64,000 bases of DNA from Oopsacas minuta (taxonomy: Eukaryota; Animalia; Porifera), in assembly GCA_024704765.1 (NCBI GenBank), contig JAKMXF010000022.1, positions 124,001-188,000 on the forward strand, read 5' to 3'. Position 1 is the first letter of the stretch; the number at the start of each line of letters is the position of its first letter. The notes beneath the pieces are model-generated. The model was not told where the DNA came from and did no database searches. It saw only the letters and a list, made by a program, of their open reading frames with translations. Below, one piece after another: positions 9,930 to 20,895 of this stretch. The position numbers were made by a program, and so were the translations under genes.

Positions 9930-12335
9930 ATGTCTGTTCATAATACATTCCCGAATGAAAGTGCAGCGCTTGATAACGTGTACAAGAAATGGGAATCTAG
10001 AGGATCTGGGCCAATCAACCGAAATACTAATAATTCATTTTTCAAATCTTCTTCTCTTTCAGGAGCTGCTGCTTCTAATGGATTACATCAGAAGATTCCT
10101 TGCATATCTATCCAAGATATTCCGATTAAGGTCCATCTTCCTGACCTAGTTTTTCAATCTAGTTTCCCTAAAAATTCACTCCCAATCGGTTACTCACACA
10201 TACAGCAGATAGCTTCGTGTCAAGCATGCACACCAAACAGTAAACATAATACCCCTTACGTCTACGAGATTGGAATAAGAGATATTTTCACAGGACCTTC
10301 TATTGCTAAATACAAGAGTTGGATGGCCTGGTTATTCCCAATCACTTACCACTGTCTTACAAAAGATTGTAATCATAATTATCCTTCTCTCAGGAAGGAG
10401 ATCTTGTCTTCTCGATCTCTTGAAGATGGAATTGAAAAAATTGTTGGAGAAGACGAGGGAAAAGAATTGAGAAGGGAACTCCTCAACAAAGAGGCCGGTC
10501 AACTCTTAAACAAGATTAGTGGTAAGATGTCCACCTGGTTGATCCGTTTCGTTGGTTGTGTTTTCCACATATGTATGCCATTTTTCATCAAGAATCTCTA
10601 CGTGAACAGAACCCAGATTAGCACTCTCAAAGAACTCTACAAACAACAGCCTACCACTTCTTTCCTCTACCTCCCCACGCATCAAAGTCATCTTGACTAC
10701 CTCCTGATTACATTAGTCCTGTTTGATGCTAATCTCCCTTCCCCTCTGATAGCCGCTGGTATGAATCTTTTTATTCCAGTGTTTAGATCTATTCTCCGCT
10801 CTCTTGGTGCATTTTATATCCACAGATCACATGCTGGCTCTAATAGTTCTATCTATCCCCTGATACTCAAAGAATACATAACTACAGCTCTACAGCATGG
10901 CTGTCATATAGAGTTCTACCCAGAAGGAACTCGATCTCGCTCTGGGAAAGTTAACCTCCCAAAGAATGGTCTTATGGCTTTCGTTCTCGGCTCTATATTG
11001 GACAGTGGAGTGCAAGATGTCTACATCATTCCTACCACCATCTCTTATGAGTGTATTTTTGAAGATGGAATCACTAGAGAACTAATGGGGAAGGAAAAAG
11101 TTCCTGAAAGTTTTATGCAAGTTATGAAGGGGTTGTTCAAAATATTTGCTCGCTTCATTGGAGTAGTAAGAATTGACTTTGGACAGCCATACTCATTACA
11201 AGAGTTCGCTAGGACAGGAGCAATGGTTGACGAAAACGGATTGAAAATTAGTCGATTCTGTCCTTATATTGAAGATGACAGATATAGAAAAGTAAAATGT
11301 TTGATGAGTCATGTCCAATACGACTGGACACGTATCCAACCTACTCCTGGCACTGGGATAATATCCTATCTCTTATTGAATGCGTATAGAGAAGGTACTA
11401 CACTCCCGTTAATTGAGAGAGCATATCTAGCTATCCAGCAAGAAGCTCTTCTACACGGTAAGATATTTCTTAGTCAAGAACCTGCGGCACAAGCTGTTGA
11501 ATCCTCCCTTGAGCTTATCTCTCATCTCCTCCTTAAATCAGCTGATCCTATCCCCCTATATAAACCTAATCTGTGTCTAGAACAGAGTTTGGAGCTATTC
11601 TACTTCAGCAATAAAGCTATTTACCTATTCATTAACGAAGCTATTGTTGCTTCTACTCTGGAATCACTTCAGGCTGATTTCACAGGTCCTATTGGTCTTG
11701 TTTCAAGACATCAGCTGCTCCAGAAGGCATGCACTTTGTGCCTTCACCTATCTAAGGAATTCATATTTGGTCCTCCTTGTCAGGAACTCAGCACTATGCT
11801 CCTAGATGTTATTGATAGAATGGTAACACAGGAATTATTTCAAGTAAAGGAAGCTAGTGTTCTCACTTCTCAAGAACGTGGTTTATTGCGATTAGTGAGC
11901 ACTACTATGATACAAAGTGATGAGGATTGGGAGCTAGAAGATGAAACTATGTTAGTTTTGAGTCAAATACCAGAGCACCGAAAATGGCTGAGTATGTTCA
12001 GCTCATCATTGTATCCATACATTCTCTCCTACTGTCTAAGTGTGGATGCATTGAAAAATCTAAGTGGAGATGAACAGTTGGATATATGGCCTATGAAGAA
12101 GAAAGATTTGGAGAAATATGTTCATGAAGCAGTCTGCAAAGGAGCTTTGAGTGAAGGTCGTCCAGAAGCATGTTCTATTGAGATTGTACGTAATTGGTTC
12201 CTTCAAATGGTTTGTGTTGGTATTTTAACAGGGGGTAATACAGAACAAGAGTATACACTGAGTTCCCTTGAAAAATTGGAGGAATGGAGAAATTCTATGG
12301 CAAGTTTCCGAGTTAGAAAAATCATTGAAGTATGA
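9930..12335 (+). CDS. GPAM: Glycerol-3-phosphate acyltransferase, mitochondrial GPAT1/GPAM type
   Basis: Acyltransferase motifs PTHQSHLD (HxxxxD), LGAFYIHR, EFYPEGTRSRSG and IIPTTISYE, followed by a long GPAT C-terminal region. Confidence 0.88.
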   Translation: MSVHNTFPNESAALDNVYKKWESRGSGPINRNTNNSFFKSSSLSGAAASNGLHQKIPCISIQDIPIKVHLPDLVFQSSFPKNSLPIGYSHIQQIASCQACTPNSKHNTPYVYEIGIRDIFTGPSIAKYKSWMAWLFPITYHCLTKDCNHNYPSLRKEILSSRSLEDGIEKIVGEDEGKELRRELLNKEAGQLLNKISGKMSTWLIRFVGCVFHICMPFFIKNLYVNRTQISTLKELYKQQPTTSFLYLPTHQSHLDYLLITLVLFDANLPSPLIAAGMNLFIPVFRSILRSLGAFYIHRSHAGSNSSIYPLILKEYITTALQHGCHIEFYPEGTRSRSGKVNLPKNGLMAFVLGSILDSGVQDVYIIPTTISYECIFEDGITRELMGKEKVPESFMQVMKGLFKIFARFIGVVRIDFGQPYSLQEFARTGAMVDENGLKISRFCPYIEDDRYRKVKCLMSHVQYDWTRIQPTPGTGIISYLLLNAYREGTTLPLIERAYLAIQQEALLHGKIFLSQEPAAQAVESSLELISHLLLKSADPIPLYKPNLCLEQSLELFYFSNKAIYLFINEAIVASTLESLQADFTGPIGLVSRHQLLQKACTLCLHLSKEFIFGPPCQELSTMLLDVIDRMVTQELFQVKEASVLTSQERGLLRLVSTTMIQSDEDWELEDETMLVLSQIPEHRKWLSMFSSSLYPYILSYCLSVDALKNLSGDEQLDIWPMKKKDLEKYVHEAVCKGALSEGRPEACSIEIVRNWFLQMVCVGILTGGNTEQEYTLSSLEKLEEWRNSMASFRVRKIIEV

Positions 12336-12837
12336 GAAGAGATACTCTAATATACATCTCCATACTAGGCTCATCTCTACTTAGAAAGCGTCCCCTATTG
12401 AGATGAACGAAGTTTAATTATTTCCAATACAATATAAGTTAATTCAAATGAGTATAAATTATTGCATTGATTTTGTTCATTAGAACTTACTAATACAATG
12501 TCTGAGTATACCTGAAATTCGATAATTGGTAGAATTACGTATATTAGTGGTATCCATTCATTAACTTGTGGCCAAGTGATATTATTTAACTAACTAATTA
12601 AAGTTCTTATGTAGTTAACACAACATAACTATACACTCTACCCGTTGCTAAGGTCTAATAATTTCTCATTTTATTAATTGATAGTTTATCTACAATTCTA
12701 GTTTAATTTAATAAATAAAATGTTGATACTAAAATAACTACTAATTGTTAGTTAATAAGAGAAGTGCTAAAATAATAAAATTCGAATTCGTAAATCTAAT
12801 GAGGACCATTGTATTTAGGACCCATCATTCCTGTTAA

Positions 12838-14253
12838 TTACAAGTGACGCAAGTTACCACAATTGTAATGGAAGACCTTGTTGATCAGCATAGGGGAGGT
12901 CTCAGACTTTGGGATAAGCGCTCTCTTCCCAAACTCATTGAGTCCAAAGTTTGAATTCTCAGATTCAATCAGTTCTCGCTTAATTTTGAATGCATCTTGT
13001 CCGATTTGCCCTAGAGTCCCAGTCGTAGGAGAAATCATTTGAATTTCTGAGGGGTCTTGTCTACTTTCAAGTTTCCTCTTGTTTGTGAACCAGGTGTAGA
13101 TTCGGGTCTCGTTTATTCGCTCCCACTCTCCATCTGGGATATTCCAAGGACGGTCCTCTGCAATTGCTTGCTCTGCTTCGTTGCAAATCCGTGCTAGTTC
13201 TAATCTTTGCTCGCGTGTTGGGAAGCGATTCTTCTTGTAAGCTTCAGTGAGGATTTGGATAGCAATGTTCGACCATTTCCATCTAGGTCTTCTTCGCTTC
13301 GCAGACTGGCTCGTACTCGGGGCAGACGGCTCTTGGCGATTCCTAATTTGATGTCTCTCAAACCAATTATACAGTTTGACTCGTTTGGATGTTTTCATTG
13401 GCGTACCTCGGTTGAAATGTTGTGAGAGATGACTTTGATTGAGATTTGTTGCTTCAACTAATTCTCTTTGCAATACATTATTCTGCGTCATGTAACTTTT
13501 GATAATTTTAGCTACAGTTAATGGTTCTTGTTTAAGAAGTTCATTAGCTAAGTCTCCAGGCAATTCGTCGTCCTCTTTTTGCAACTGTGAGTCGTTTCCA
13601 CCGTTTACATTATCCTCACACTCGAGTTGACACTGACCACTACTTGATATTATTTCTTGTTCCTGATTATCATTTTCATCAAGAATTCTCATCAAAATGT
13701 CTTTTGTAATTCCCTTTTCTTTTAGCAACGCTTTTACTGTTTCTCGTTGATCCCAATTAGGGTCATCCTCTCCAGGCTGTTCGGATACAAACACGTTTGG
13801 ATCTGTTACAATTGAGTTGCAAGGGACTGACACCTGTGCAGAGTTTGGGCTTGATGTTGTTACGATCGCTAGAGATGGACTCAACTGGTTCAAATCTACT
13901 TTTATTTCATGTAGAGGAGATTCCGGAAATGATTTACTTTGCAAATCAAAAGCACTCGCATCTCCATTACTGTAATTATTATCAACTGGCTGACTTACAT
14001 TCATTGTAGTGATGTCATTCCCAATCAGTGAAGTGATTTCTGCTGGAGACGTAGGGCTGAACAATTGATCTGAAGCTAGACTTGAGCTAAATATATTTGT
14101 ATTGCAGTCAATATTGAAGGTTATTGTTGTAGATGGATTGGAAGCAAAATCAATTTCATTTTTCTGATCTAAGATCTCCTCTCTATATGTAACCTCGGTA
14201 GTAAAGAAAGTTCCAGTTGGGTTTTCTCTTTCTACCCTATCCTGTATATCCAT
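12838..14253 (-). CDS. HNF1: HNF1-class homeobox transcription factor (POU-like domain + atypical extended homeodomain)
   Basis: VAKIIKSYMTQNNVLQRELVEATNLNQSHLSQHFNRGTPMK matches the HNF1 POU-like domain. The homeodomain RRRPRWKW..FPTREQRLELARICNEAE..[insert]..NETRIYTWFTNKRK has the HNF-type helix 2-3 insertion. The ATG directly follows a ctaac..AG acceptor, so an upstream exon is likely. Confidence 0.9.
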   Translation of the reverse strand: MDIQDRVERENPTGTFFTTEVTYREEILDQKNEIDFASNPSTTITFNIDCNTNIFSSSLASDQLFSPTSPAEITSLIGNDITTMNVSQPVDNNYSNGDASAFDLQSKSFPESPLHEIKVDLNQLSPSLAIVTTSSPNSAQVSVPCNSIVTDPNVFVSEQPGEDDPNWDQRETVKALLKEKGITKDILMRILDENDNQEQEIISSSGQCQLECEDNVNGGNDSQLQKEDDELPGDLANELLKQEPLTVAKIIKSYMTQNNVLQRELVEATNLNQSHLSQHFNRGTPMKTSKRVKLYNWFERHQIRNRQEPSAPSTSQSAKRRRPRWKWSNIAIQILTEAYKKNRFPTREQRLELARICNEAEQAIAEDRPWNIPDGEWERINETRIYTWFTNKRKLESRQDPSEIQMISPTTGTLGQIGQDAFKIKRELIESENSNFGLNEFGKRALIPKSETSPMLINKVFHYNCGNLRHL

Positions 14254-14701
14254 CTGTTTAGTTAGTTAATAAGAAAAGACAACGTCAGCACTACTAATAT
14301 TAAATTTAATATTAACTTTGAGTATTTATACTATGAATCGCTAACAGAGTCAATTGGTTGTAGAGTTAAACTTTAACTAAGTTACTAACCATTTAACTTA
14401 ACTCAAATTTAACCATCTTGTGGGTATCTATTTCAACTCTGTTCTTCAACTTAGATTTATCTGCAAATATGTCTATATTTCATTGGCTTTATTGCAATAT
14501 TATTTACTCGTCAATGATATTAATTTCATAAATGAGCCTGACTGCGATACTTCCACTAAAACTATTATTGAAATTCGAATAATCCACATATTATAAATAG
14601 AGCCAAAAATTCTCAAAAACTAAATTTACAATTGTTTCTAATAACAGATATCTACAAAATGGGTAACACAAACTCACCAGCAATGATGATAGTTTGAAAT
14701 A

Positions 14702-14866
14702 CAGCGGAGTCTCCCAATAATATTTGTGAGCCAGGTGTAGATTCGGCTTCTCAGAGATTGATTAAGTATTATTTACATGTATTATCAACTTATTTCGTTC
14801 CACGAGCTTGTCCGTTGTAGAGGTGTTGTCCGATTTTCGGAGTGTCTGTTTTGGGAGACTCCACTG
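14702..14866. mobile_element. 165-bp Tc1/pogo-type MITE flanked by TA
   Basis: Left end TA|CAGCGGAGTCTCCCAA and right end TTGGGAGACTCCACTG|TA form 16-bp TIRs with 1 mismatch. TA duplication at 14700-14701 and 14867-14868. Confidence 0.85.
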
Positions 14867-15305
14867 TACTGACGTTTAGCGATTTAATACGGAATTCCAG
14901 TTAGAATGCATACACTAAACTAATACTCATCTGTGAATGTTATTAATTAGTATGATCGCAAATAACGAGTTAATGGATCAATAAGAATACCTTTTATGGT
15001 AATGTTTTATTTATTATTATTATTATAATATTTTTCCCAGTTAGTTGAAACATGTTTCTCTCTACTGGCCCACATTAAATTTGGCAAACATGAAGCCACG
15101 AATATAGTCTTATATAATTCTCAGATGCCTTAATTTAATTCAGTTAGACATAACACTGTCCTTCCTCTAGTATGTTCTTCTTTCCATTTCCGTATTATAT
15201 TTTAACTTCATTAGCGCCCCCACGTGTTCATAAGGATGCCCTATGGAACTGATTATTGTCATTAATTAGTTATTTACTATTGTTTGTTTTCTGTTACATT
15301 CAGGT

Positions 15306-15902
15306 ATGGCATCAAAGTCAGCCTTGCGGGTAATGGTATTTCTGGGATCGGGAAGAGAAGGTCGAATGGGAGAGAGAGTATCAACCTTAATAAGGAAGAA
15401 ACTGGAGAGCAAAGAAGTAAATGTTTCTTTTATAGATCCTTTGACTTTGGGTGAACCAGTTGTAAAACAACCTATTCAATTTTTGAAAGATCCGTCTTTA
15501 GTAGCTGATAATTTGAAGAAATATAATGAGGAGATTATCAAATCTGACGCATACTTTCTCATTACAGCAGAATACAATGGATCTATTTGTCCTGGTCTTT
15601 CTAACTGTATTGACTATTTTCCTCCATCTTCATATGAACACAAACCTTTTGCAATATCAAGTTATTCAATGGGCCCATTCGGTGGTGTTATAGCAGGTAG
15701 TTCATTACGTCACGTCATTTCCGTTTTGGGAGGATTTCCTATTGCAGGTTCCCTTGTTATTCCTGAAGTGCATAAAGCTGTGAGTGAAGATGGAGTTGGA
15801 AATGAACGAGTAGAAAGGAACGCTGAAAAGATTGTGAACTCTTTATTGTGGTATACAGAAGCTATTAAGAAGCAAAAAGAAACGAAACCTCTTCCTAAAT
15901 AG
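15306..15902 (+). CDS. NADPH-dependent FMN reductase / quinone reductase (flavodoxin-like fold)
   Basis: FLGSGREGRMG phosphate-binding loop, TAEYNGSICPGLSNCID, KPFAISSYSMGPFGG. A probable 5'-UTR intron acceptor (ttacattcag) lies just before the ATG. Confidence 0.85.
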   Translation: MASKSALRVMVFLGSGREGRMGERVSTLIRKKLESKEVNVSFIDPLTLGEPVVKQPIQFLKDPSLVADNLKKYNEEIIKSDAYFLITAEYNGSICPGLSNCIDYFPPSSYEHKPFAISSYSMGPFGGVIAGSSLRHVISVLGGFPIAGSLVIPEVHKAVSEDGVGNERVERNAEKIVNSLLWYTEAIKKQKETKPLPK

Positions 15903-16826
15903 TTCATTCACTAGAATTCTAGATTCTAGGTCATCTCTGAAAAGGTTAACAACAGCCTTATAATTAAATTATAATATTTATAAAACAGTTCATTTTGTCG
16001 TATTAGAAACAGGAATATTCTCATTCATTCATATATTTATATTTATATTTACTAATATCTGGGAAAAATAGATTTACAGGGTTTCAATGTCCTGTGGTGT
16101 TCGTATTAGCGATTCGTCTAATAGCAAAATCCGCCTATTAGTAACTTTCCATGGACACAGAGTATAATAGCAATTCATGTACTAATTAGGAAAATTGATG
16201 CAAAATACTAATAGTTTAATTCCACAAAATATATCCAAATGAATATCTTGTTAATTAAAAGAATGATATATTAGCAATCGGACAATTTGCTCTAAGCATA
16301 GTCTACGGTTATAAGAAATCTCTTATCAGATCAGATATGTCTGATTCGAGCTTAACTCTTAATTAAACCTGTCTTTAGATGGCTTGGTACAATTCTCTTA
16401 AATTGGATCAGAATCTCACAGCTATAACTATATACGTACTGTAAGATTTCACATATTTTCACTAATATTAGGCCTTCATGTAGCTAAATTTCATCAAAAT
16501 ATTGGCATCATAAGTATACCCGTGTTCTAGTCAGGTGTGCTGCGGATGAGGGAGCTAAAAAAACAATATTCAGCTACAGAGACCTTATTAACCTCATTGA
16601 GTCATTTCTAATAGGATAAATAATCGTCTTAATTCCGAATAAAAGTATTAAATGATTATCGAATGACTTCAGCTGTTTGTATTGGGATTCTGAATATAAG
16701 TTCTCGTTATAAGCTCTCTATTATTAATTGAGCCCAATTTTAATTGTGGTTGGATAATATAATATTCCAACTGATTAATTAATTAATTAATATTCATTAT
16801 AAACGAATAATTAGTACATAATTTGA

Positions 16827-19219
16827 ATGGACCCTTCTCCAGAACAAGAGCCTCTTTCAAACCATTCTACAACCGAGAATTCTACTGTAGAGCTAAATTT
16901 AAACCACACGGACACACCTGAACAAAACTCTCGTACAAAATCACAAGTTGAATCAGATGATGATAAATACTGTTATTCTAACTCATCAGAGAATTCAGAT
17001 TCTCCTGCTCCAACCAGCAAACCTACTACTCCAGAACTATTACTGCCTTTAGAGCCTGAATTCTTTACTGAAACAGGTGAAAGTATTTCTGAAGTAAAGA
17101 GCTCTCATTTGTCTACTGACTCTCCTCAAGAAATAAATTTAGTAGATAAAGATAAAGAGGTTGATGTAGAATGGAATTCCAGTAAGAATTATGATCATCT
17201 AGTCCCCACTACTCCAGAACTCATAATCCCTTTAGAATCCCAGTTCTTTACTGAAGCAGTTGAAAGTATATCCGAATTAAAGAGTTCCCATCGTTCTAAT
17301 GACTCTCTCCCTCTAGAAGTAAGTTTAAGAGATAAAGATAAAGATATTGACATAGAATTGAAATTCAATAAGAATTCTGATCCTCTTCCAATTACCTCAG
17401 ATGATAATACAGAAATGGCAAGCAGTAAAGAAGTAGAAAAAATCCAGTCTCCGAGTGAAAACGTATTCTATTCAGAACTCAGGTCTCAGAAACCATGTTC
17501 TGCACCACATAGTCCTATATTTCCCTCAAAGAGAAAAATACATAGAAAATCATGCCAGGAACCTCCTTCCTTGCCAGAAATTTCTCCTGGTCGATCTTCA
17601 GTCTTCTACGCACCAATAGAACTAGAAGATAAGTTTGACATCATGAGCGGACCATCTATCCCATCTCAATCTATAAAGAGTCCCCCCTCCAAACGACACA
17701 CTAGTTCCCTCTCTTCCAAGCCCCAATACCCAACCTTATTTGAGCTTTCTTACAGTGATTCAGATTCTGTAAATCTTAGCATTGTAGACCGTATAGAGAG
17801 AGAATACAAAATTAAGGAAGGAACTATTAAACTCTTCAATGCAGCTAAGAATATCCAGCAATCCATGGAGGCAGCTAAATCATACTTCACATCAAATGCT
17901 AAGATAATAGCTCTCCTCCGTAAATTGCAATCTTCTAAGGTAGAAGAGCGTGAACAACAGGAGGACAAACCTGGCTCTCTATTGAGTGTTGATGTTACTC
18001 CTGAGCCTTCTAAAGCTACCATTTCAATCTCTCACATAAGAATTCCTCTGGAATGGAAAGAGTTCGACAATATAAAACACCCAATAGAAACGGGTTGGGT
18101 ATTCTGTCTATTCAAGCTAGAAGGAGAAGTAGCTGACACACAAACACTCATATCAGTTGATAGAAGTATTAATGATCTAACATTCCCTGACGTCATCATA
18201 TTCCCTGCTCCTGTCTCGCATGAATTCCGCTTAGAAATAGAAGTGTACTTCAGTCAGGGTCTATTCAGTGGGAAAGATATAGGAAGTTCTAAAGGTATCA
18301 GGAATAGATCAAAAACTAAGGTAAATTAATATATTAATTATAGAAAAGTTATATTATAAATTCATTCTATGTAGTGGTCCACTGACTCAATTTCTAGTCA
18401 AGCCAGCTCCTATGACAGTCCCAGCAACATGCCTCGCTACCATCTAGCCGGGTTCTCATCTCTGAAGCTAGCAGATCTATCTGAAGGTCTTTACACTTAC
18501 AAGCTAACAAAAGGAGCTGTCGGATCTAGTCCCTCTGCTTCTACTCACACCTTCAGTAATCAGCTCCTTCCTCTTTGGGGACAGATATGCAGTCAGATAT
18601 ATGTAGTACCAACAAGCGTTAAGGGAAATAAAATGGAAGGATTTGTTGATATTCGTTCGATGGTTAATGAGTCTCCTGTCTGGAAACATTACTGGTGTGT
18701 GTTGAAACAGACTACTCTATTCTTCTGGAATGCTCCTGAAGATGTTAGAAACTCTACACATATCTCTAATATACCGCTAACTACTATGATGGAAGTTAAG
18801 AGGCCACGTGCTGAAGATGGAACATTCCGGAAAAACAGTTTATTTATCTCAGAATGTGAAACTAAGCAGCACGCTATCTCCTTTGGCAACAAGGAAGAGA
18901 GAGACTCTTGGTGGAAAGAATTATCACGATCCATCAGTGACTTGCAAGTCTGGCGAAATTATGCTACAAAGGTAAGTTCATAAATATACTGTTTATATTT
19001 ACAAATAAATATTATTGTTAATTTCAGTGCCAAGTTGTACCTGATCTGCTAACCAGTAAGAAAAGCTTCAACAGCAGGACAAAGAGAGTAGCCAGCCCTA
19101 TCGAATCTATGAGACAATCTATTACTGCTCCTCCAGAGAGTCACACGAAGAGATTTATAAGTACTGGTAACACAGCTGTAGCTAAATCTGCTAGTAAATC
19201 TCATGTTCCACATGTTTAA
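16827..19219 (+). CDS. RTKN: Rhotekin/anillin-like Rho effector, 3 exons (~16827-18321, ~18375-18971, ~19028-19219)
   Basis: Rho-binding helix (IEREYKIKEGTIKLFNAA..SMEAAKSYFTSNAKI), anillin-homology domain (ATISISHIRIPLEWK), PH domain (WKHYWCVLK..LFFW..EERDSWWKEL). GT-AG introns restore the frame. Confidence 0.82.
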
Positions 19220-19973
19220 TCTTTATATCCTGTTTATTATATCTATTCTAGCTTAAATAATGAAGAATTTAATATTTTGTTGGTGGATTATTTGAGTAAT
19301 TTTTAATTTGTACAAATGTTTATTGCATAGTTTATTTGAGTAAAATTTGCATAATTTGAATTTATATTTTATAGAATCTTATTGGGATTATATCTTCCAG
19401 CCAGCAGCTGTGAATCATAGTTATACATATATAATTATTTCTAGAAATTCTTTATACTTGTTATAAAAGCCATTCACTGCAAAATTACAGCTCACTGCCT
19501 TATTCTAAGAAAATCATGTGATAAGATCTCCACCTACTATATAAAGCATGATTGTATTCAAATGATCCAAAAGATTAGGCATTACAAAAGAAATTCAATT
19601 TAATGTTCACATAAAACTGATAAAAGTAAAGTCAGACCTCTAACGACTTCGGGCAGGATAAATTAATTCTTGACCTTTATATATGGCAAACATACTGACT
19701 TTCAAATTCGTGGGATTTCTCAAGAATCTCGGGAATTTGAAAGTTTCCATATTGACAGCGGTAATTTGAATTTCCTAATTTCAAGCAATTCCTTCCTGGT
19801 ATGTCATAATCCTGACTACATACATGAATGAGGGGGGTGAGCTAATTAGCTAGAATACCTGTGTATCTTTGGACATGTAACTGTTGTATATTTATTAGAA
19901 ACTAAGTCAATTACTAAGGAAAAATAGTATTATTTTCATATACTTTTATTAGCAACTACTTCGTTCTATATCT

Positions 19974-20654
19974 ATGGCTACTAGTGAAATTAAAGGACCC
20001 CTAACTCTAGGCGCAGAGTTCCCTAATCTTGAAGTTGATACAAGTAAAGGGAAATTGAAATTACACGACTACTTTGGTGATAAATGGGGAATACTCTTCT
20101 CCCACCCAGCTGATTTCACCCCCGTGTGTACCACCGAACTATCTGAAGTAGTAAAATTGATTCCTGATTTTGAGAAGCTCAACGTTAAGGTGATCGCCCT
20201 TTCCTGTAACGACACAGATTCTCACAACGGATGGATCAAGGATATCCAAAATTATGGAAATTGCGCCGGAGAATTTCCGTACCCAATAATTGCTGATCCC
20301 AAAAGAGAACTAGCTGTTGGCTTGGGAATGCTGGATCCTGTAGAGAAGGATAAAACAGGACTCCCTCTCACTTGTAGAGCCGTGTTTATAATTGGGCCAG
20401 ACAAGAAGCTTAAGCTATCTCTTCTCTACCCAGCTACTACAGGCAGGAACTTCAACGAGATTATTCGTGTAATTGAATCTCTACAGCTGACGATGTACAA
20501 GAAAGTAGCTACTCCTGCTAACTGGACCTGTGGAGGTGAATGCATGGTGTTACCTACTGTATCCGCAGATGATGCTAAGACTCTCTTCCCTAAGCACAAG
20601 GTAGTAGAGCTCCCTTCTGGGAAACCCTACATGCGTTTCACCCCACAGCCATAG
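19974..20654 (+). CDS. PRDX6: 1-Cys peroxiredoxin 6
   Basis: FSHPADFTPVCTTEL, SLLYPATTGRNFNEIIRVIESLQL, C-terminal LPSGKPYMRFTPQP. Confidence 0.96.
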   Translation: MATSEIKGPLTLGAEFPNLEVDTSKGKLKLHDYFGDKWGILFSHPADFTPVCTTELSEVVKLIPDFEKLNVKVIALSCNDTDSHNGWIKDIQNYGNCAGEFPYPIIADPKRELAVGLGMLDPVEKDKTGLPLTCRAVFIIGPDKKLKLSLLYPATTGRNFNEIIRVIESLQLTMYKKVATPANWTCGGECMVLPTVSADDAKTLFPKHKVVELPSGKPYMRFTPQP

Positions 20655-20895
20655 CTTTAGGCTATAATACTAGATACGATAGATACCATAGATTACTAGT
20701 TTCTTTATCTATTATCAAGATTACTGATATTATTCGTTAGGCGTAATATTCTTTGTATGAGTATTGAATTTCGTTACTTTCATACTGTAGTGATAAAGAT
20801 ATGTATTTTAGATAAATCGTTACATTTGTGCAATAAGAATAGGACTAAAATTCCTATACCTCAATTAGCAAAGAAAATATACTAATACACGCCGT

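Noticed and set aside
12747-14274. 14-bp direct repeat GTTAGTTAATAAGA (12747-12760 and 14261-14274) flanking the intronless HNF CDS, resembling a retrogene target-site duplication
   Set aside because: There is no poly(A) remnant. On the minus strand both copies read as ctaac branch-point/acceptor-like AT-rich sequence, so splice-signal similarity or chance explains them.
14295-14314. Perfect 20-bp palindrome TAATATTAAATTTAATATTA upstream of HNF, a possible autoregulatory HNF1 site
   Set aside because: It is pure A/T in very AT-rich DNA and does not match the GTTAATNATTAAC spacing.
15213-15226. GCGCCCCCACGTG, a CTCF-like/E-box motif upstream of the FMN reductase
   Set aside because: A single short motif with no supporting evidence. 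CTCF is bilaterian-restricted and the host is probably not bilaterian.
16075-16185. Possible MITE between the FMN reductase and rhotekin genes
   Set aside because: I could not define matching terminal inverted repeats or a target-site duplication.
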